A stretch of DNA of 64,000 nt from NCBI GenBank assembly GCA_051362555.1, contig CM120647.1:6820001-6884000 (forward strand). Direction: 5' to 3'. This DNA is from Lingula anatina. Taxonomy: Eukaryota; Animalia; Brachiopoda. Below the pieces are notes generated by a model, which saw only the letters and a program-made list of their open reading frames with translations, searched no databases and had not been told where the DNA came from. Shown here piece by piece: positions 11,891 through 26,399 of this stretch (position 1 is the first letter of the stretch; every line of letters starts with the position of its first letter). The position numbers and the translations under genes are program-made.

Positions 11891-13297
11891 TGACATTTTT
11901 CCCCACATCTACGACTGACCCAATTAGTAATATCCACAGCGGAATCATGACATAAAAAAGTGATAGCGAAGAAACATACTGGAACCTCAGACACAGTATA
12001 ATTTCAAAGATGAGTTTCATGAATAACGAGGTCAGGTACCACGCCCGCCTTTTTATGCTAACGAGTCCTCGGTCGTGGTAGGCGCGGTTTTTACAGTGGC
12101 GCACCATGGTGACAAAGACGTAGATGACGACTCCGATGTCATACAGCCACATGGGAATGAAGATGATGAACCAATTCCAATCCACCTTATAAGATAAATT
12201 TATAGTCTTGTTAATAGAAATTAAATAGCAATGTATGAATGTACTACTAGTAGTAATTCCATGGAGCTGACACCAGTAATTAAGTTAGCCAGATTATTTG
12301 TTAAAGACATTTGCCCCACAATTATGTGCCATAATAAAGCTTCATAAAAATGTCAAATTTATCTGTGACAAGAACGTAACATTTACACTCAGTCATTGTC
12401 TGAATTATTATTAGGTAATCTTAATTGTGATGTTTATTTAAAAATATAAAATTATGAAAACGATATACCATTACATGTACATCTACACTTTACAAAGACT
12501 AAGTATGTGTTCACAATAAAACAATCATATTATCGAACTTAATCCACAGGGACACTCGCTGAATGCAACCAAACTACTACTACTACTACTAATAGTAATA
12601 GATATAACCTAGATAGCATATACAGAACAGTACAGACCTCCTCCCAGCATTGAATACACACAGAAAAGCTGGGCCCAGTTTTATAAAGGACGTTTAGCAC
12701 TAACCAGTGTTTAACTCTAACCAGACCTAAATAGTCTGTTAGTAAACTGACCTTTAAATAATTATTTAATCCAGTTAAACACTGGCCAGTTAACTAATTG
12801 GCTGTTTTCCGTCAGAAGACTGTACATAAAACACATTTTAACCATCTTTTAGTTAATGGGTGTTAGGAGAATTTATCCACTGGTTAGGCTTATCCACTGG
12901 TTAGTGCTAAACGTCCTTTATAAAACTGGGCCCTGGTGATTATATTTGTACGTTGGAAATAAGTGGAGGCGTGTTAGTCTGTTAACCTGATTGCGTTAAG
13001 CGAGAGTCCTGGCGCGACAGATGCAATGCAAATCCATCTTAAAAAGTAAAACTAAGAATTAAAATTATTTATTATCAACTTGAATTTACGACAAGTCCCA
13101 CATTTCACCAGTTGCTATATTAGGTCTGTCACTCTACTTAATTGACTAGAATGCAAATTAATCACCCTAACTAACTGCATATAATATGTTATTCACAATA
13201 ACAAATCCCCTACCTTGTCATCGAGCTTCAAAACAAGTAAAATGAGGAAAATTAACGCCATGAACCACGTAAACAGAGCTCGCTGAATGACAGCCAT
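11859..13297 (-). CDS. TMEM60: Transmembrane protein 60
   Basis: Exons 13297-13214 and 12185-11859 give 136 aa: MAVIQRALFTWFMALIFLILLVLKLDDK|VDWNWFIIFIPMWLYD...FYVMIPLWILL, the TMEM60/TMEM185 family signature. Confidence 0.9.
12672..12932. mobile_element. Harbinger-like MITE in the TMEM60 intron
   Basis: Perfect ~39-bp TIRs GGCCCAGTTTTATAAAGGACGTTTAGCACTAACCAGTG; CTG target duplication. Confidence 0.9.
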
Positions 13298-13545
13298 TAT
13301 TTTTTTCAATGAACAAGACAAGCTTTTTGTTACTGTTCATATCCAAACAACATACCATCCTTTATTTATATCCTAACTCATTTATACCACAATAAAATAA
13401 TTGATCACAAATTTAAAAAATGCAAGAAACAAACTTTTTATTTTTGTTGAATAATAATGTGGATCGTCTTGGGAGAGGTCAAGAGGTCAACCACAGGTAT
13501 AGAACGCTAGAGCTCGAGGAACAAGGAAGCCGGCAGCAGGTAAAG
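13298..13545. promoter_or_regulatory. Probable bidirectional promoter between TMEM60 and the glycosyltransferase
   Basis: TMEM60 ATG at 13297 (-) and a plus-strand donor CAG|GTAAAG near 13539. A perfect AGGTCA-ag-AGGTCA (DR2) lies at 13476-13489. Confidence 0.45.
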
Positions 13546-14549
13546 TTGAAGTGACATTTATACGCGTATGTGTCATCTTAAGGTTATGACAAACCTATAA
13601 ATTGTTTAACTGACGTCAGAAATAGCTCATTCTCATTTCTTGATGTTTATATGCAGTTTTGGTTGAAACTTTTTTTGATCGTTTTTATCACTCGGGGTTG
13701 GAGAAGCTAGCCGATCACCCGAAATGACAAATGTTCACGTACCAGTATTTAATTTCAATTAATTTATTGATGCTTACGTGGAAAAGTCAGGTACCAGCTG
13801 ATAAAGCCAAGGTGGTCATAGAGCAGAGGTTTTCAATAATGAAAGGCAAAAGCATAATGAAATAAATTTTCAAATTGAAAAAAAAAAAACTGAAACCTAG
13901 ACCAGAGTGAGTATAAATATCTATTAATTCATAAAAATAGATAAATAAAATGAATTAAAAACAAATAAATAGATCAAGTGTTTTTTGCATTATGATAATT
14001 CAAACAAATTTCTTCGTCTGAATTTATCCCTGTGTATTTCTGAACTGGGTGGGTGGCGACCCTGGTCGTGACTTATCACTTAATTGTCAGGGCTATATAC
14101 CAGTATATACTATACATAGTAGCTATATACATGTATATAGCCAATAATATACAACCGCCTGATTGTCTGGTACACTACAAATAGGGTATACACTTGACAT
14201 TCAATGACCAAGGCCATTCATTGTAACTAGGTACAGTCAGTCCAGTGTACTTGTGAATCTGTCTTTGTCTCAGATTAGAGAGATATATAGCACAGTGATA
14301 GCATGCTGGCACACATTAAACTCCTTGACTAGACACTTGAAGCATGGTATATAGCTCAAGTAGTTTCACCGAAGTTTAAACAACAAGTTATGTCCAAAGT
14401 CCCCCCTCCCTGTCAGTAATAAAAATGATTTGAAAATCTGTTGATTTTGTGTTATAATTAAGATATTGATACTGTTGTGAATGTCTGAAATTGATAAATC
14501 TTGAAGAATTAGGTTAGTAGAATCGTACCTGGCTCTTGAAAATCTCAAG

Positions 14550-17172
14550 TAATAACCTTGCGCGCGTTATACGTCACAGGTCTTGCGTAACTACCCACGT
14601 GCTACGATTTTTCCCTTGGGGGGGCAGCAAGCGGCCATTTTGTACACGAGCAAAGCATAGATGGGTGAAAACGATACGTTGTTTTTAACCAAAAACGATG
14701 TCCCCAGGGCGAAACTGCCAACACCAAAAGTAAAGGAGCATACCACCGTTGTTTTGAAACGATGTGGTTAGCCTGTCAGTGGCGAGTTAGGGAGAAAAGA
14801 GCAGCACTGATAACAAGGTACTGTATACACGTGAACCGGCAAAGTTACTGATAATTTCATGTTGCAAAAGCATAATTAAATCAGTAAGTTATTTTCCAAA
14901 GGATATTATTTGAATAGCAGATACATAAATCAAACTAACAACAATAAAAATTTTTGATGACATTGAAAATCAAAACCTGCGGTGCACGATAGGTTGAGGA
15001 GGACACTGCCACAGCAAGTAATGCATGAATTTTGTTACACAACACCATATGCTTGTGTCATTGTTAACTCTGTGGTATTATTACTCAATTTACTGCTCAA
15101 ATTAATACCTGATACTATTTCTCAGGCTACCAAGTACAAATCAACTTATTTTGTGGCAATTGACCTCCATGTTCCATCTTGTGTGCAGGTTGTTTATTTT
15201 TGTTATCATTATTATTATTATTTTTTCAAACACATTTTGATAAAGTGGCTATGCTTTAACAAGAGAAATTTATGCTGAAGTTTAAAAGATTAAATAATCA
15301 GTAGTATGTACAATTAAAGCTATTAATTTGATTATGCATATTTGATTTTCAATTATCTTGATTATGATATGAGGTTTCTCCATTTTTCTCTTGCCCTCAA
15401 ATCAATATCTAACAAGTAAATTGATAGTGCTTTATTACAAATTTGCTTTATACTTTCAGATGTAAAAACTGTGTAGCAGTTGGTAAGCTGTAGAGATTGA
15501 TGTGAGCATAGAGCAGGGGAAATGGTATTAGAGAAACTAGGAGGACAAGACATAGATAATGTACTAGTACTCTCAGTAGATCCATCATCACAGCAAGGAT
15601 AGATGGTGTGATCTTGTCCCTGAAGCTATGCCACAAGTTTTCAAACTGGTTGAGTCCTTACTAAGACAAGCTGCTGCGGTGTGAATCGTTGTACATTCAG
15701 GTTATACATGGCAGATTTATGACAAAAGAGACCTTCACAATATACTTCAAAGAAGTTATTCTTGCATCTATGCCTCAAAAGTACAGTTACAGTGACTAGA
15801 ACATTGTCTGCAAATAGTGAGGCAGTGAAGGCTGCAAGGTGCCATTGTTTTTCAGTATTAAGAATGACAGTATCTGTTTTTTATTTATTTTTATTTTTCA
15901 TTTTTAATGGGAGGGAGACTCACTTTGTTCTTTCAATGCCCATTCAGTTAAGGGTTGGTGGCAATATATGGTAAATCTGTCATGCCTGTATGTAGAATTT
16001 CTCTGGCTCAAATTTCTACATTTATTGGGTGCATTATGAAGTTTCCTGACTGATTAATGAGGTTACTTGCAGAAATATCTTGCTTACACACATTTTGTGA
16101 TATTTTTACTACTTTATACATATTATTATTCACATCTCATCAGTGGTGTGTGAAAGGTACTTGGTATTTGCATTTTAGAACTGTAGATCTGTGTACCAGC
16201 AGGGTTATATTTCATATATCTGCGAATGTTTCTAAAAATAAGCTTCATGTTTGATAATTAATTGGTTTGAAATAAATAAATAAATAACCCAAATAAAATC
16301 AATTCATTTCATATTTCACATAATTTGTTTTTATTATTCTTCTAAGCATTTAATCATAACATCTCCCATCATTATACTGTTATTGTGTAATAACATTGAA
16401 AGTTTCCAAGTTTTTATTAACAGGTTGATGCTAACGTATTACAAATGAACATAACTTCATAAGCATTAAAGCATATTTCCTTACTCAAATGTATCAAACG
16501 TACCACTGGCATAATAGCGGTAAAGATACAGGTAAAGATGACAGCATTGATAACTGAGTTTACAGCGCTTTTAGTGCAGCTTGGCTAGTGTCAGATTGTT
16601 ATCTGATAAAGTTTGCTACTAGTACCTGGGAAGAAAAGGTCTGGCACTTGGCAATCAAGTTGATAAAATCACAAAACGCCTGTAGAAAATAGAGCATACC
16701 TGTCCAACATCGATTTGTTCAGATTCTTGACTAAGGGGTGCGTTACTGGTGTCAAGGGCCAAGACTTGAACTTTGGGGTTTGGCATGTCACTGGACATTC
16801 CTCTCGATTTCTGCCCAAATCTAATAAAGCCTCAGTTGCTTAACTTTCGCCAAATTTCCAATATCTACAGGTTGTGTTGTTTAATGCTTGGGGTCTCTTC
16901 TTTGGTGGCGGTTAATTGGGGACACCTGTGCGGCCTGTCAACGCACCAAGATTCACTTTTGCCGTTGCCACATTTTCAATTGCCGTAAATATCAAATTCA
17001 TGAATAGAATGAGGAAAAATGACAGTTATGAAAAAATGTTTGGAAGTACCTGTCACCTTCGCCACAGTAACCATATGGGCTGTGCTGCCCCCCACCACAG
17101 GCGACACCTTGCGGAGCAAGCGTGCGTAATCCAGGGTGCAACTGAAAATAACCTTGTCGCGCGACCTTATTA
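14550..17172. mobile_element. Possible heavily decayed DNA transposon upstream of the glycosyltransferase CDS
   Basis: 14661-14817 reads MGENDTLFLTKNDVPRAKLP...LKR(W)LAC...KRAALITR|gt, a SAP-like domain with frameshifts. 15800-15850 reads VKAARCHC (SWIM-like). An AATAACCTTG(T)CGCGCG motif occurs near both ends. Confidence 0.3.
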
Positions 17173-17773
17173 CCATATTCAACTCAATGACCCTTTATTC
17201 ACATTCAAATGTTAATGACCTTTTCAGACTAGAATAAAAAGCCTTTGATCCCGTTAAAGTTAATACAATTAAGAAACACTGGAGCCAGTGTAGGATTCAG
17301 GGCTTAGCTGAAGGGAGTAGGGGCAAAGGCATTAAATAAGCAATCAATCAATAAATCAATCAATCAATCAATAAACCAACCCATGGAACAATCAATCAAT
17401 TGATCAAATAATTGGTCTTTTGTAGGGCATAGGGAAAACTAAATAATTCGGTTTCATCTCTTTTTCATTGTTATTATGTATTAATTCATTGAGGAAGAAT
17501 AAAGAGGGTAATTAAGGCACAAGCTAAGTGTTGCCCACTGTGCACCCCCCCCCCCCACCCCCACACAGGACCTACCTTACTATTAACAATGACATGATGA
17601 AATAATGAAAAAAAGAAATAGTACAGTGTTATTTTGTAATAATGAAAGTAGACTCATATATCAAGTTAGCATCAGATGTTCAACTTCAACAAAAGAAAAG
17701 TTTTGAAAAGTCAGCATCATTACTGAAGGCCAGTTCAATTATAATATTCAAGTTTTGTTTCATTTTAGTCAAT

Positions 17774-20700
17774 ATGGGGAAACACATTATAGTTGTCCAT
17801 GGGTACCTGCTTAGCGGGACAGGATCGAATATCTACTCCTGTAACCTGGCGATGCAGTGGAAGAAACAGGGCCACGCAATTACTGTGTTCTGCCAAGACC
17901 CGCAGGCTGGAACCTACGACTGGGTGGACGAGTTTTTTACATCAGAGGTATGAAGTATTGGGGTAACAGTGGTCTTATTGTGAAAAAATTCGATTTGATC
18001 AATTGGTTTTGCTCAACAGATAAAGTAAGTATAGTTTTTAATTAGTTTATTTATTACTTATTAAATCTATTTAGTAAAATAAATAAATAATTAATTTTTT
18101 TATTATCATTAGTCAAGTGAATGATAGAGATAGAGCACTGATATTTTTTTTATAAAGCCTGCATCGATCATTACCATCATGACTTTAATTTTTATTAATA
18201 ATATTATCACATTTTTTTTCATCGTCGCAGGCGTCATGGCCGAAAGATCCACCAGCCCCAGGCAAAGTGCGAGTCCTGGTCCCCGATATAGCCGGCCTGT
18301 TACCAGTGTACGTTTATGATGAGTACGAGGGCTACACAGTGAAGACCATTCCCAATTGTACAGACGAAGAGATTGAGCGACATATCAGCATGACATCCAA
18401 AGCAATACGCAAAGCTGTGGATATGTGGGGATGCGATAAGGTAGGACAACTTGGTGGTGGTTTTCACATGTGCATGTGTTTGTGTGAGCATCATTTTACT
18501 TGATGACCTTAGATTTATAATGAATATTTAGAATTCAAAAGATAATTATAACTTTTTAATATAGTTGATTTCTTAAAATTAAAACTGAAAAAAAATGAAA
18601 GCAGCTTTAATTGAAGGTAAAAATAGGAAATAAAAGCTTAAACATGGCTTTATAGGTCATCATAAATTTTTTCAGTTGTTTTGAATGCGTATTCTATACC
18701 TTGGAACTATTACAGGAAGAAAGAGTGAAAATTTCCAAGAAGCTTTAATTTTTGCCATGTAGACACCCATAATGCTCATTATCTCCACCAAGGAATTGTG
18801 CTTTGACCTCAGTTTGTGTTTTTTATTTTTTTTGTCACTGGCCTAATAAAAAAAAAAGTTATGGATAGACTTTAGAATTTGATGAAATTTTCCAGATAGA
18901 ACACGAAATAAGGTATAATGCATAAAACTCATTTGTTTTTGGTGAAGATCTGTGAATTAGTTCATGGTCAAAAATTAGTGAATTATTTGTCTAAGCAAAG
19001 ACCTACACTCTCTGAATACCTCTGTACTAGTAATTGTCATTGCCTCACACTTTTGTTACCAAACTATCATCATCTTCTTTTAAGGTGCTGACCAACCATG
19101 CTCTGTTGTCCCCCGTCAATGCAAAGAGAGCTTTAGAAGGAACGGGCATTCCTTTTGACATTAAGATCCACGGCAGTGCCCTTATTTTTGTCGTCGATCC
19201 ACACCCACAGTATAAGAAATATGCCATTGAAGCCATCAAGAAGTGTAACAGAATCATCGCAGGAACACGCCATACTGTGTCCCAGGTAAGTGGGTTTTTA
19301 GAATTTCCTATAACTTCCTCCCAGAGAAATATTGTACACTCCCCCGTCTTTGTGATTCTGATCTGCCCCCCCCCAGCAGTGCTGCCCCTGCCCTTATCAT
19401 CTGTCAAACAGGAATTACTAAATATTGAGCAAACAAACAAAAAAGTTGCTGCTTGTGCCCCCCCCTCCCCCCCACCCCCCACATACACGCTTTTTTGTGC
19501 TCTGCCTCCAGCTTCCCTTAAAATTTAATTTTTTCCTTATATATATAGAGAGAGCCATGCCAACTGTAAGTAGGTAATTTTTTTTCTTTAATAATGATAA
19601 TTATTTCTCCTGGAACTCCTGATGAGGGGTAAAGTGCTGTGCCTCATTGGTAAATAATATGTCAGTTCTATTTAGAAATGATTACCTTTTTTCGAAATCA
19701 GTTTAAAAAAGACAGTGAAAAAGCATATCTGGTATTGCATCTTTCTTTCCCAATTCCTGTATCTCTGCCAACCCCCTCTCTTTTCCCAAACTGTTCTGTT
19801 CTCCTAAAAAATGTGTCCAACCTTGCAGGTCATGGGATCTTTTTCCCAGGAAAAAAATGACCTTGACCTTGAGAAGAAGCTGGTCATTGTGCCACCTGGA
19901 ATGGATCCAACCGTTTTCTCCCTGTGTAAAAGCATCGACAGCAATATGGCAGCATTTCTAGAAGAAATAGGAAAACATATTGCAAAAGAAGGGAACGGGC
20001 GTCGCGCAACAGACATCCAATTTCCAAAAGTCTCCAACTCTGCAGAAAACATCCATCAAAAGCTTGTCGACCTGGGAAAGTCCTATAACCAGAGAGTAGT
20101 TGATGCAGATCTTCCAACTCGGCTGCCAAAATTTGCGGCTGATGAGCCTGTGATAACATATTTTGGAAAGTTTCTCAATACAAAAGGAGTAGGGGAGATC
20201 CTCCTCTCTTTTCCAGCTATAGTGAAAGAGGTGCCTAAAGCTCGACTGCTGTTGATTGGTTTTGGAACTTTCAGGGAACATCTGGAGGCCATGATCCATG
20301 GTCTGACTACAGGTAACACTACTTATTTATTGTTTTACTTATTATGTTTGCTTGTTGTTTGTATAAATTTATTTATCACATTTGTATATATGCAAGCCTT
20401 CATGCCCTACTAGGCTGCAGCTATGATCCAATATATATCCTAAAGTAACATTGCAAAAGATAATAGAAAAATAATTGAAAATAAAGATTCGAATAAATAC
20501 GACGTAACGTATGTATGATATTATGTAAATTCCAGGTGACATCACTTTGTTCAAGGCTGCAGCTCACAGTACAGATGAAAATGGAAAAACATTTCTGGAT
20601 TCTAATATAGATATTGACAAATACTTCAGAAAACTTGGTAGGTACTTAGACTTAAGGTGTCACCATGTTGTGGTCTCACTAGCATCATGTTCTTCTACAA

Positions 20701-23700
20701 CTATACTTGTCTCAATTGCAATTTACATTTTGTTATATAGCAAAGTTTGCAAATACTCTAAAAAAAACTGGTAAGATATGTAGAATCATAATATGTGCTA
20801 GATATACTAAATGATAAGTTCAACAAATCGGCTTTAAAAAAATTGAAAATATTCAAAAATAATGTTGCCTGTTGCATTTGAGAGATATATTTAATTATTT
20901 TGTGTATTATATCTTATTTATATATTTTTTCTATAATGTATTTAACTATATTTTATATTGCCTATAGTGTTGAACTTTGTTAGCCCAATCTGTAGCAGCA
21001 AAAAAGCCAATGTTGTGCCATGTATTTTACTTACTGGGCTTGTTCAAACTTATTGAGTAATTACCATGTAATTATAATGTTTTTTTTTTTACTGTAATCT
21101 ATAATATCAGAGCCATCTGAGGCCAGTCGTATCACCGTGACCGGATGCCTGAACCACAGTGAACTGGGTTTGATCCTTCCGCTGGCATCTATTGGCGTTG
21201 TTGCCTCCAAGGCCAGTGAAGCATTTGGAATGGTGGCAGTGGAAGCCATGTCTGCTGGAGTCCTGCCTCTCTGTGTGTACCACTCAGGTAAGGTAGGGAC
21301 TGTAGACAATAGGTAGCGCTAGTTGTTTGTTTACAAAAATTGCCCAAAAAAGTGTCTGTAGAGTTTCAGATTTCTACTGTATATAGATTGCATGCCACTT
21401 TGCAGCCACTGCTTAAGGAATTGACTTATTTCTTGAAGTGATAGTTATTCTAAAATATTTCAGTTTTAGAGAACAATTGTATATTGAGCAGAAATTATAA
21501 ATGGCTCTTGTAATATAGAAAGGTTATTTAGCATAATCACAAAATTTTCTGAATGTTAGCCTACTGCCAACCGAGTCAGACACCTTCATTAGACTGATGT
21601 TAGATGTTGTCACTTACTGATCACAGCTAGGTGATACAGCCATAAGATAGAGGGGGAGAACAATTACAACCTTTGGTAAAAACCTTACTACTACTAGTAC
21701 ATGATTCAGCTACCAAGCCTTTGAACATTTTTGCTTAATGTACATTTATCTGCTTATAAGCCTGTGTTCCATCCATTGTTGTTTTTGAAATCATTTCAGG
21801 GTTAATTGACGTACTTGACCAGACCAAGGAGAAGGAACCCGATCTAGAAGCTCTTATGCATCTGGAGGTAGAAAGTGGAGGGGACTTCGGTGTAGCAGCA
21901 GGAGCAAGTTTTATGGAGGTAAAAAATCTCTGATGGCTTTATGGCAAGTCAGTTTGTATTGGTTTCTAGAAGACAGACAGAATGCTTTTGAAGGACTCTT
22001 TTCTTTTTTTTTCATATTTTTTTTTTAATTTCTCCATAATATATATTACACAGTATACTATATTGATGTATAATATGGTTTTAAAAGGTATATATTTGTA
22101 ATCAAAAACTTTATACATAATTCATCACTTAGTCTTAATTCTCAAAAAATAAATAAATAAATAAAACACTTTCAGCATGTCCCTTTTTCTTCAAAATTCT
22201 GTAAGTCACCTCTGCATTTGTATCAGGCACGTTGCCAGCAGTATGAAAAGGAGGGTTCTTTGTCTGAAAAAGTGGACCTTTGTATCATGAAAGATTTTAT
22301 TTATAATGGAGTAGAAACTAGTCTAAGAACAAATTTTGATTCAGAATGGTCCTTTTCCCAGTCAAAAGGATTGTTATTCCACTCACACCCAACCCGCAGC
22401 TACCATACACTAGGTTACGTACATGTATATGCCTACACATCCATCTACATATTTATTTGTGCCATTATTTATTTATTTATTAAATAACAATAACTAATCA
22501 ATATAGTAAAATGAAGAATTATCAAAAATGCAATTATGCAAAATTTCTTATTTAAGGACGTCCTCTCATATTAGCTTTTTTTGCGATCTGCGCAGATTTC
22601 GCGCATGAGTAGTTTTTTGCAATAGCGGCTAATGATAAACATATAACATGCAATAAAATACGTAATTCACCCTTTTAAGAAATCAGTATGAAATCTTTGA
22701 TGTTATTTTGGTGGAAGCGCTACGAATATGTCAACAATGCGTTGCGTATCTGTGAACGCTTGGTCTTTTACGACGTAAAGTACCCACTTGCGACTTTGTT
22801 TACGCCGCAATGTAAGAAATTACGTGAAGACGGGATGGAAAAGAGCGTTTTAGTACGGCTTGTATAGCAGTGACAAGATCTTATCTCACGGAAAGTAATC
22901 ACAATGGTTTGCATTTTGACCACAAAGTATATTGTGGTGATTTGTCACATGGTTACGATGTGTGCAACAAGACATTGTCTTCTTCAGCATTGCTTTCCGA
23001 TCACCCAGGGCCAAGTTACCGTGATTTGTATGCTGAAAACAATTCTCTTCTTTCACAATAAGTTAAAATAATTAGACTCATGGCGTTTTGTTGTTGATTT
23101 AAGTATGTTATTGAACAATATGACCTGCAAACAGTGCGATTTTCAGCTCTCCAGGAAAGATGCAACAGGTGTGCACCCGCCTGGCGTGTTGCGACGTCAT
23201 TCTTGTAATGGTTTTGTTAAAGTGCAAATGGACAAAACCATAAAACACACAACAGAGGACCAAGGGTTTTTATGCAGATACATGTAATACTTTTTTGATG
23301 CTAGGAAAATAAACAGTATATTTTAGAAGATAAAGTGTACTTTATTCCAACTTTATCCTAATTTACCCAATCATAAACAAGAGATCTAGCTGATCGCCTT
23401 TAGTTTGTAAATTTATTACATCACAGAAATTATTCAGCCCATAATGCATTAGAAGATAGTCTTGAGTTACAAAACTTAGTTAATTTTTGCAATGATGAAA
23501 GTGAAGAAAATCCTTTTTTTCTGATTTTTTTATTTTATCCCAGTCAACTGACTCAATCCTGTGTGAAACCTTTACCAAATTCTGTAGAAAACCTTGTTTG
23601 TAAAAAAATAATTTCTCCATGTGTAGGAAAAAAAAATAAAGCTGTCAGGGTTAACATATCAGAATTAGTAATTGCTCTTCAAAGAGAAAGTCTAGATGGT

Positions 23701-23734
23701 CTTTATTTTCTTCTCAGCGAAATCAATCCAAACA

Positions 23735-23771
<37 letters not shown>

Positions 23772-25030
23772 GAGTAACAAAATGCATAAAAGTAGTAAAA
23801 AATTGTATGATTTTTTTTATTTTAAAATTAATATGCATATTTATATGCTATTGATATGTATTTGATTGCATGTTGTAAACATAATATGAAACAGAAATAA
23901 ACTGATAATCAAAGATGTCTGTAGATGAATATTTTTGTCACCATCTTCCATATATAGAGAAGAAATATGACTAACTTACCATAGTAAGAAATTGATACAT
24001 TGTTAATGTACAAAGGAAACAATTTATCCAGTTTTCTCACCATAAAGTGCATGTTTTAGAAATAAAGATAAAAAGGAATAAGAAAATAAGTCACATGAGA
24101 TTGATATAATATGCTTTTGGTCAATCTGCCTAGCCTATGAAAAATCCAATATGGCGGCATTCCATAAGGCATACTGAAATCCAACTGATACTTTCAACAT
24201 TTGATTATCTATTTATTATGAATGGGATATGCAAATTTTATGAAATTTGGTTAACTGATGCAGAGAAATTTAAATATAATTTTCATGGAAACATAATAAG
24301 TGTATGAGTTAAAAACCTAATGATACAAATATATTTATCTTAATTTGCTAGTAAATTTCCATTGATTCCTATGTAAATTTGATAAAAAATCGATGCTCAA
24401 GCAGCCCTGGCTCAAAAACAAGCCTGGTGTGGTACGTATTTTTTTGTAAATTTCTTTGAGGTCTACCAAGATCCATAACATATCCACATAAAATTAAAAT
24501 CGCTAGGGCAGAAATTTTTATTTTTGCATTTTTCAGCAAAATTAAGGGCATTTTGGCAAAATTCCCATATAACGCAATGTAATAAACGTAGCGTTTTTCG
24601 GGACGCCACCTATCGAAAACGAGCGTGGGGACCCCCAATTTTTTTTTCATATTTTTTACTCATATGGTAAGAAGAATTTGTCTTACAATTTTAATCAAAA
24701 TCGCTAGGGCAGAAATATGAAATCTGAAATATGAGAGGGCGTCCTTAAATGCTAATCTTAAAAAATGAACCAGAACCTCTGAAGGTGATAATCTTGCTCA
24801 ACATATTAAATAATTTAGATATAAACTCTTCACGCCCCCTTTTACTTTGTTCTCATTTATTTGTTCATTTATTTCAGGCATTCAAGCCAAAGGTTATGAA
24901 AGCCCTTGCTCACTTGTATCCAGCCACAGATGAGGGGAAGAAAAAATTGGCCATCTCAGAGAAAATTAGGGCAGTTGCTGAGGCCATTTGGTCTTGGGCC
25001 GGTATTTGTCAGCGCCTGGTGGAGCTGTGA
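17774..25030 (+). CDS. GT4 (GT-B fold) glycosyltransferase of bacterial type, 539 aa, 8 coding exons
   Basis: Exons 17774-17947, 18231-18440, 19085-19285, 19829-20312, 20536-20637, 21111-21287, 21800-21918 and 24878-25030 (1620 nt) splice in phase with no stop. Motifs: HGYLLSGTGSNIY, GHAITVFC, KIHGS, VPPGMD, YFGKFLNTKGV, EAFGMVAVEAMSAGVLP (EX7E) and WSWAGICQRL. Confidence 0.92.
22556..24744. mobile_element. Kolobok-type non-autonomous DNA transposon in the last glycosyltransferase intron
   Basis: 17-bp TIRs GGACG(T/C)CCTCTCATATT with 1 mismatch, GG..CC termini and TTAA on both sides; no long ORF. Confidence 0.8.
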
Positions 25031-26399
25031 GAACCTGAAACTGATGAAAAAATAACATTCCACAAGAATGGTATCGCAACTCTGTTGATTTTCTTAAAAA
25101 GGAGGTGATGTTGACAAAATTTGAAGTTGTTGATTGTGTCCATCTTTAGTATTTACTTAATAATATAAGATTAATGATTTTTTTCCAAAAGTAATTTGGT
25201 AGTATTTCTTTAAAGAGTTAGTCCCATTGCTTTGAATTGAAAATAAATATATTTTTGTGATTATTTGAAAATGCTAAATCTTGTGAGAAAGTAAAGTATT
25301 AGAAAAATTAAGGTATTTGAACATTTTGAACAAGTACAGCTTGAAGGCTGTCTTTGTGATATTTTATCAATATCTCTCTTGAATACTTATCCAAACTATA
25401 AAGATAGGCTTTCATATTGTAATGAGGCTGACCCAAGTAAAAAAAATGTGCAAATCCCATTCAAAAGTAATGAGAAAGTTACTTTTATTTATTATCCATG
25501 CTATTAAGTTGCCTATCTCTCAAAACATACTGGTACAGCTGTATTGCTAATATGTAATCCTTGTTAGCCTCTTTAGTATGGAAAGTATTGCAAATAACTG
25601 ATACTATAATATGTAGATTAGTAATTTTTGCAATTTTTCTGCAATTTATAAAGGTGCTGCTTCTTACTTCCGTACATTTGATAAAGTATATTTCTGTAAT
25701 AATATTTTAGATCATATTTATATATTTCTGTGATGATAAAATTTCATCACACATGGTTCCCAGATTTCAGTTGGTAATATTCATAGATTATTATAGTAAA
25801 TGGTGACAAAATGTTTACCACGAGCAACAAGTTGCAACGTCCATGCAAACTAGATAAAAGTGTCAGATTGACATTGAAATGTATCTTTAATATTTTTTTT
25901 CTCAAAATAATCATATAAATATTTTTTGGAATAATCTACTCAATTGCTAATGTTTGAAACTATGGAGAATGTTCTCATATGTTAACTTAAGGTCCCAGTA
26001 TTTACATGGATATAAGGTTCTAGTCCCTGTGTTATTTAGGTATATAATATTATTTTGTATGTAATCTATAGTGCAGTCCTATCCAGAGAGCAATATTCTA
26101 GTCTACTTATATTACTTCAAAAATTAATCAAACATAAAACATGCTGCTACACACATTTCATTTCCTGCATAATAGTTTGAAATCGTTCAAACAGCTGATT
26201 TTTTTTCCAAGTTCATGTATGTATGATTCTAGCACTGCACACATGTCGATCTATAAAAACGTCATAGTCAAGTCATGGTATCTTATGAATGTGGACCAGT
26301 ATTGCATTGTAGTTTATTGCCTTTTTTTTTTTTTTTTCCGAGGCAGGGAATATTTTTGTCCATTAACATACTATATGGATAACTTTCGGCTCAACTCGT

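Noticed and set aside
22556-24744. piggyBac assignment based on TTAA flanks
   Set aside because: The termini are GG..CC, typical of Kolobok, rather than the CC..GG of piggyBac.
17774-25030. Bacterial contamination as the source of the glycosyltransferase
   Set aside because: It has seven canonical spliceosomal introns containing host repeats and is flanked by animal genes.
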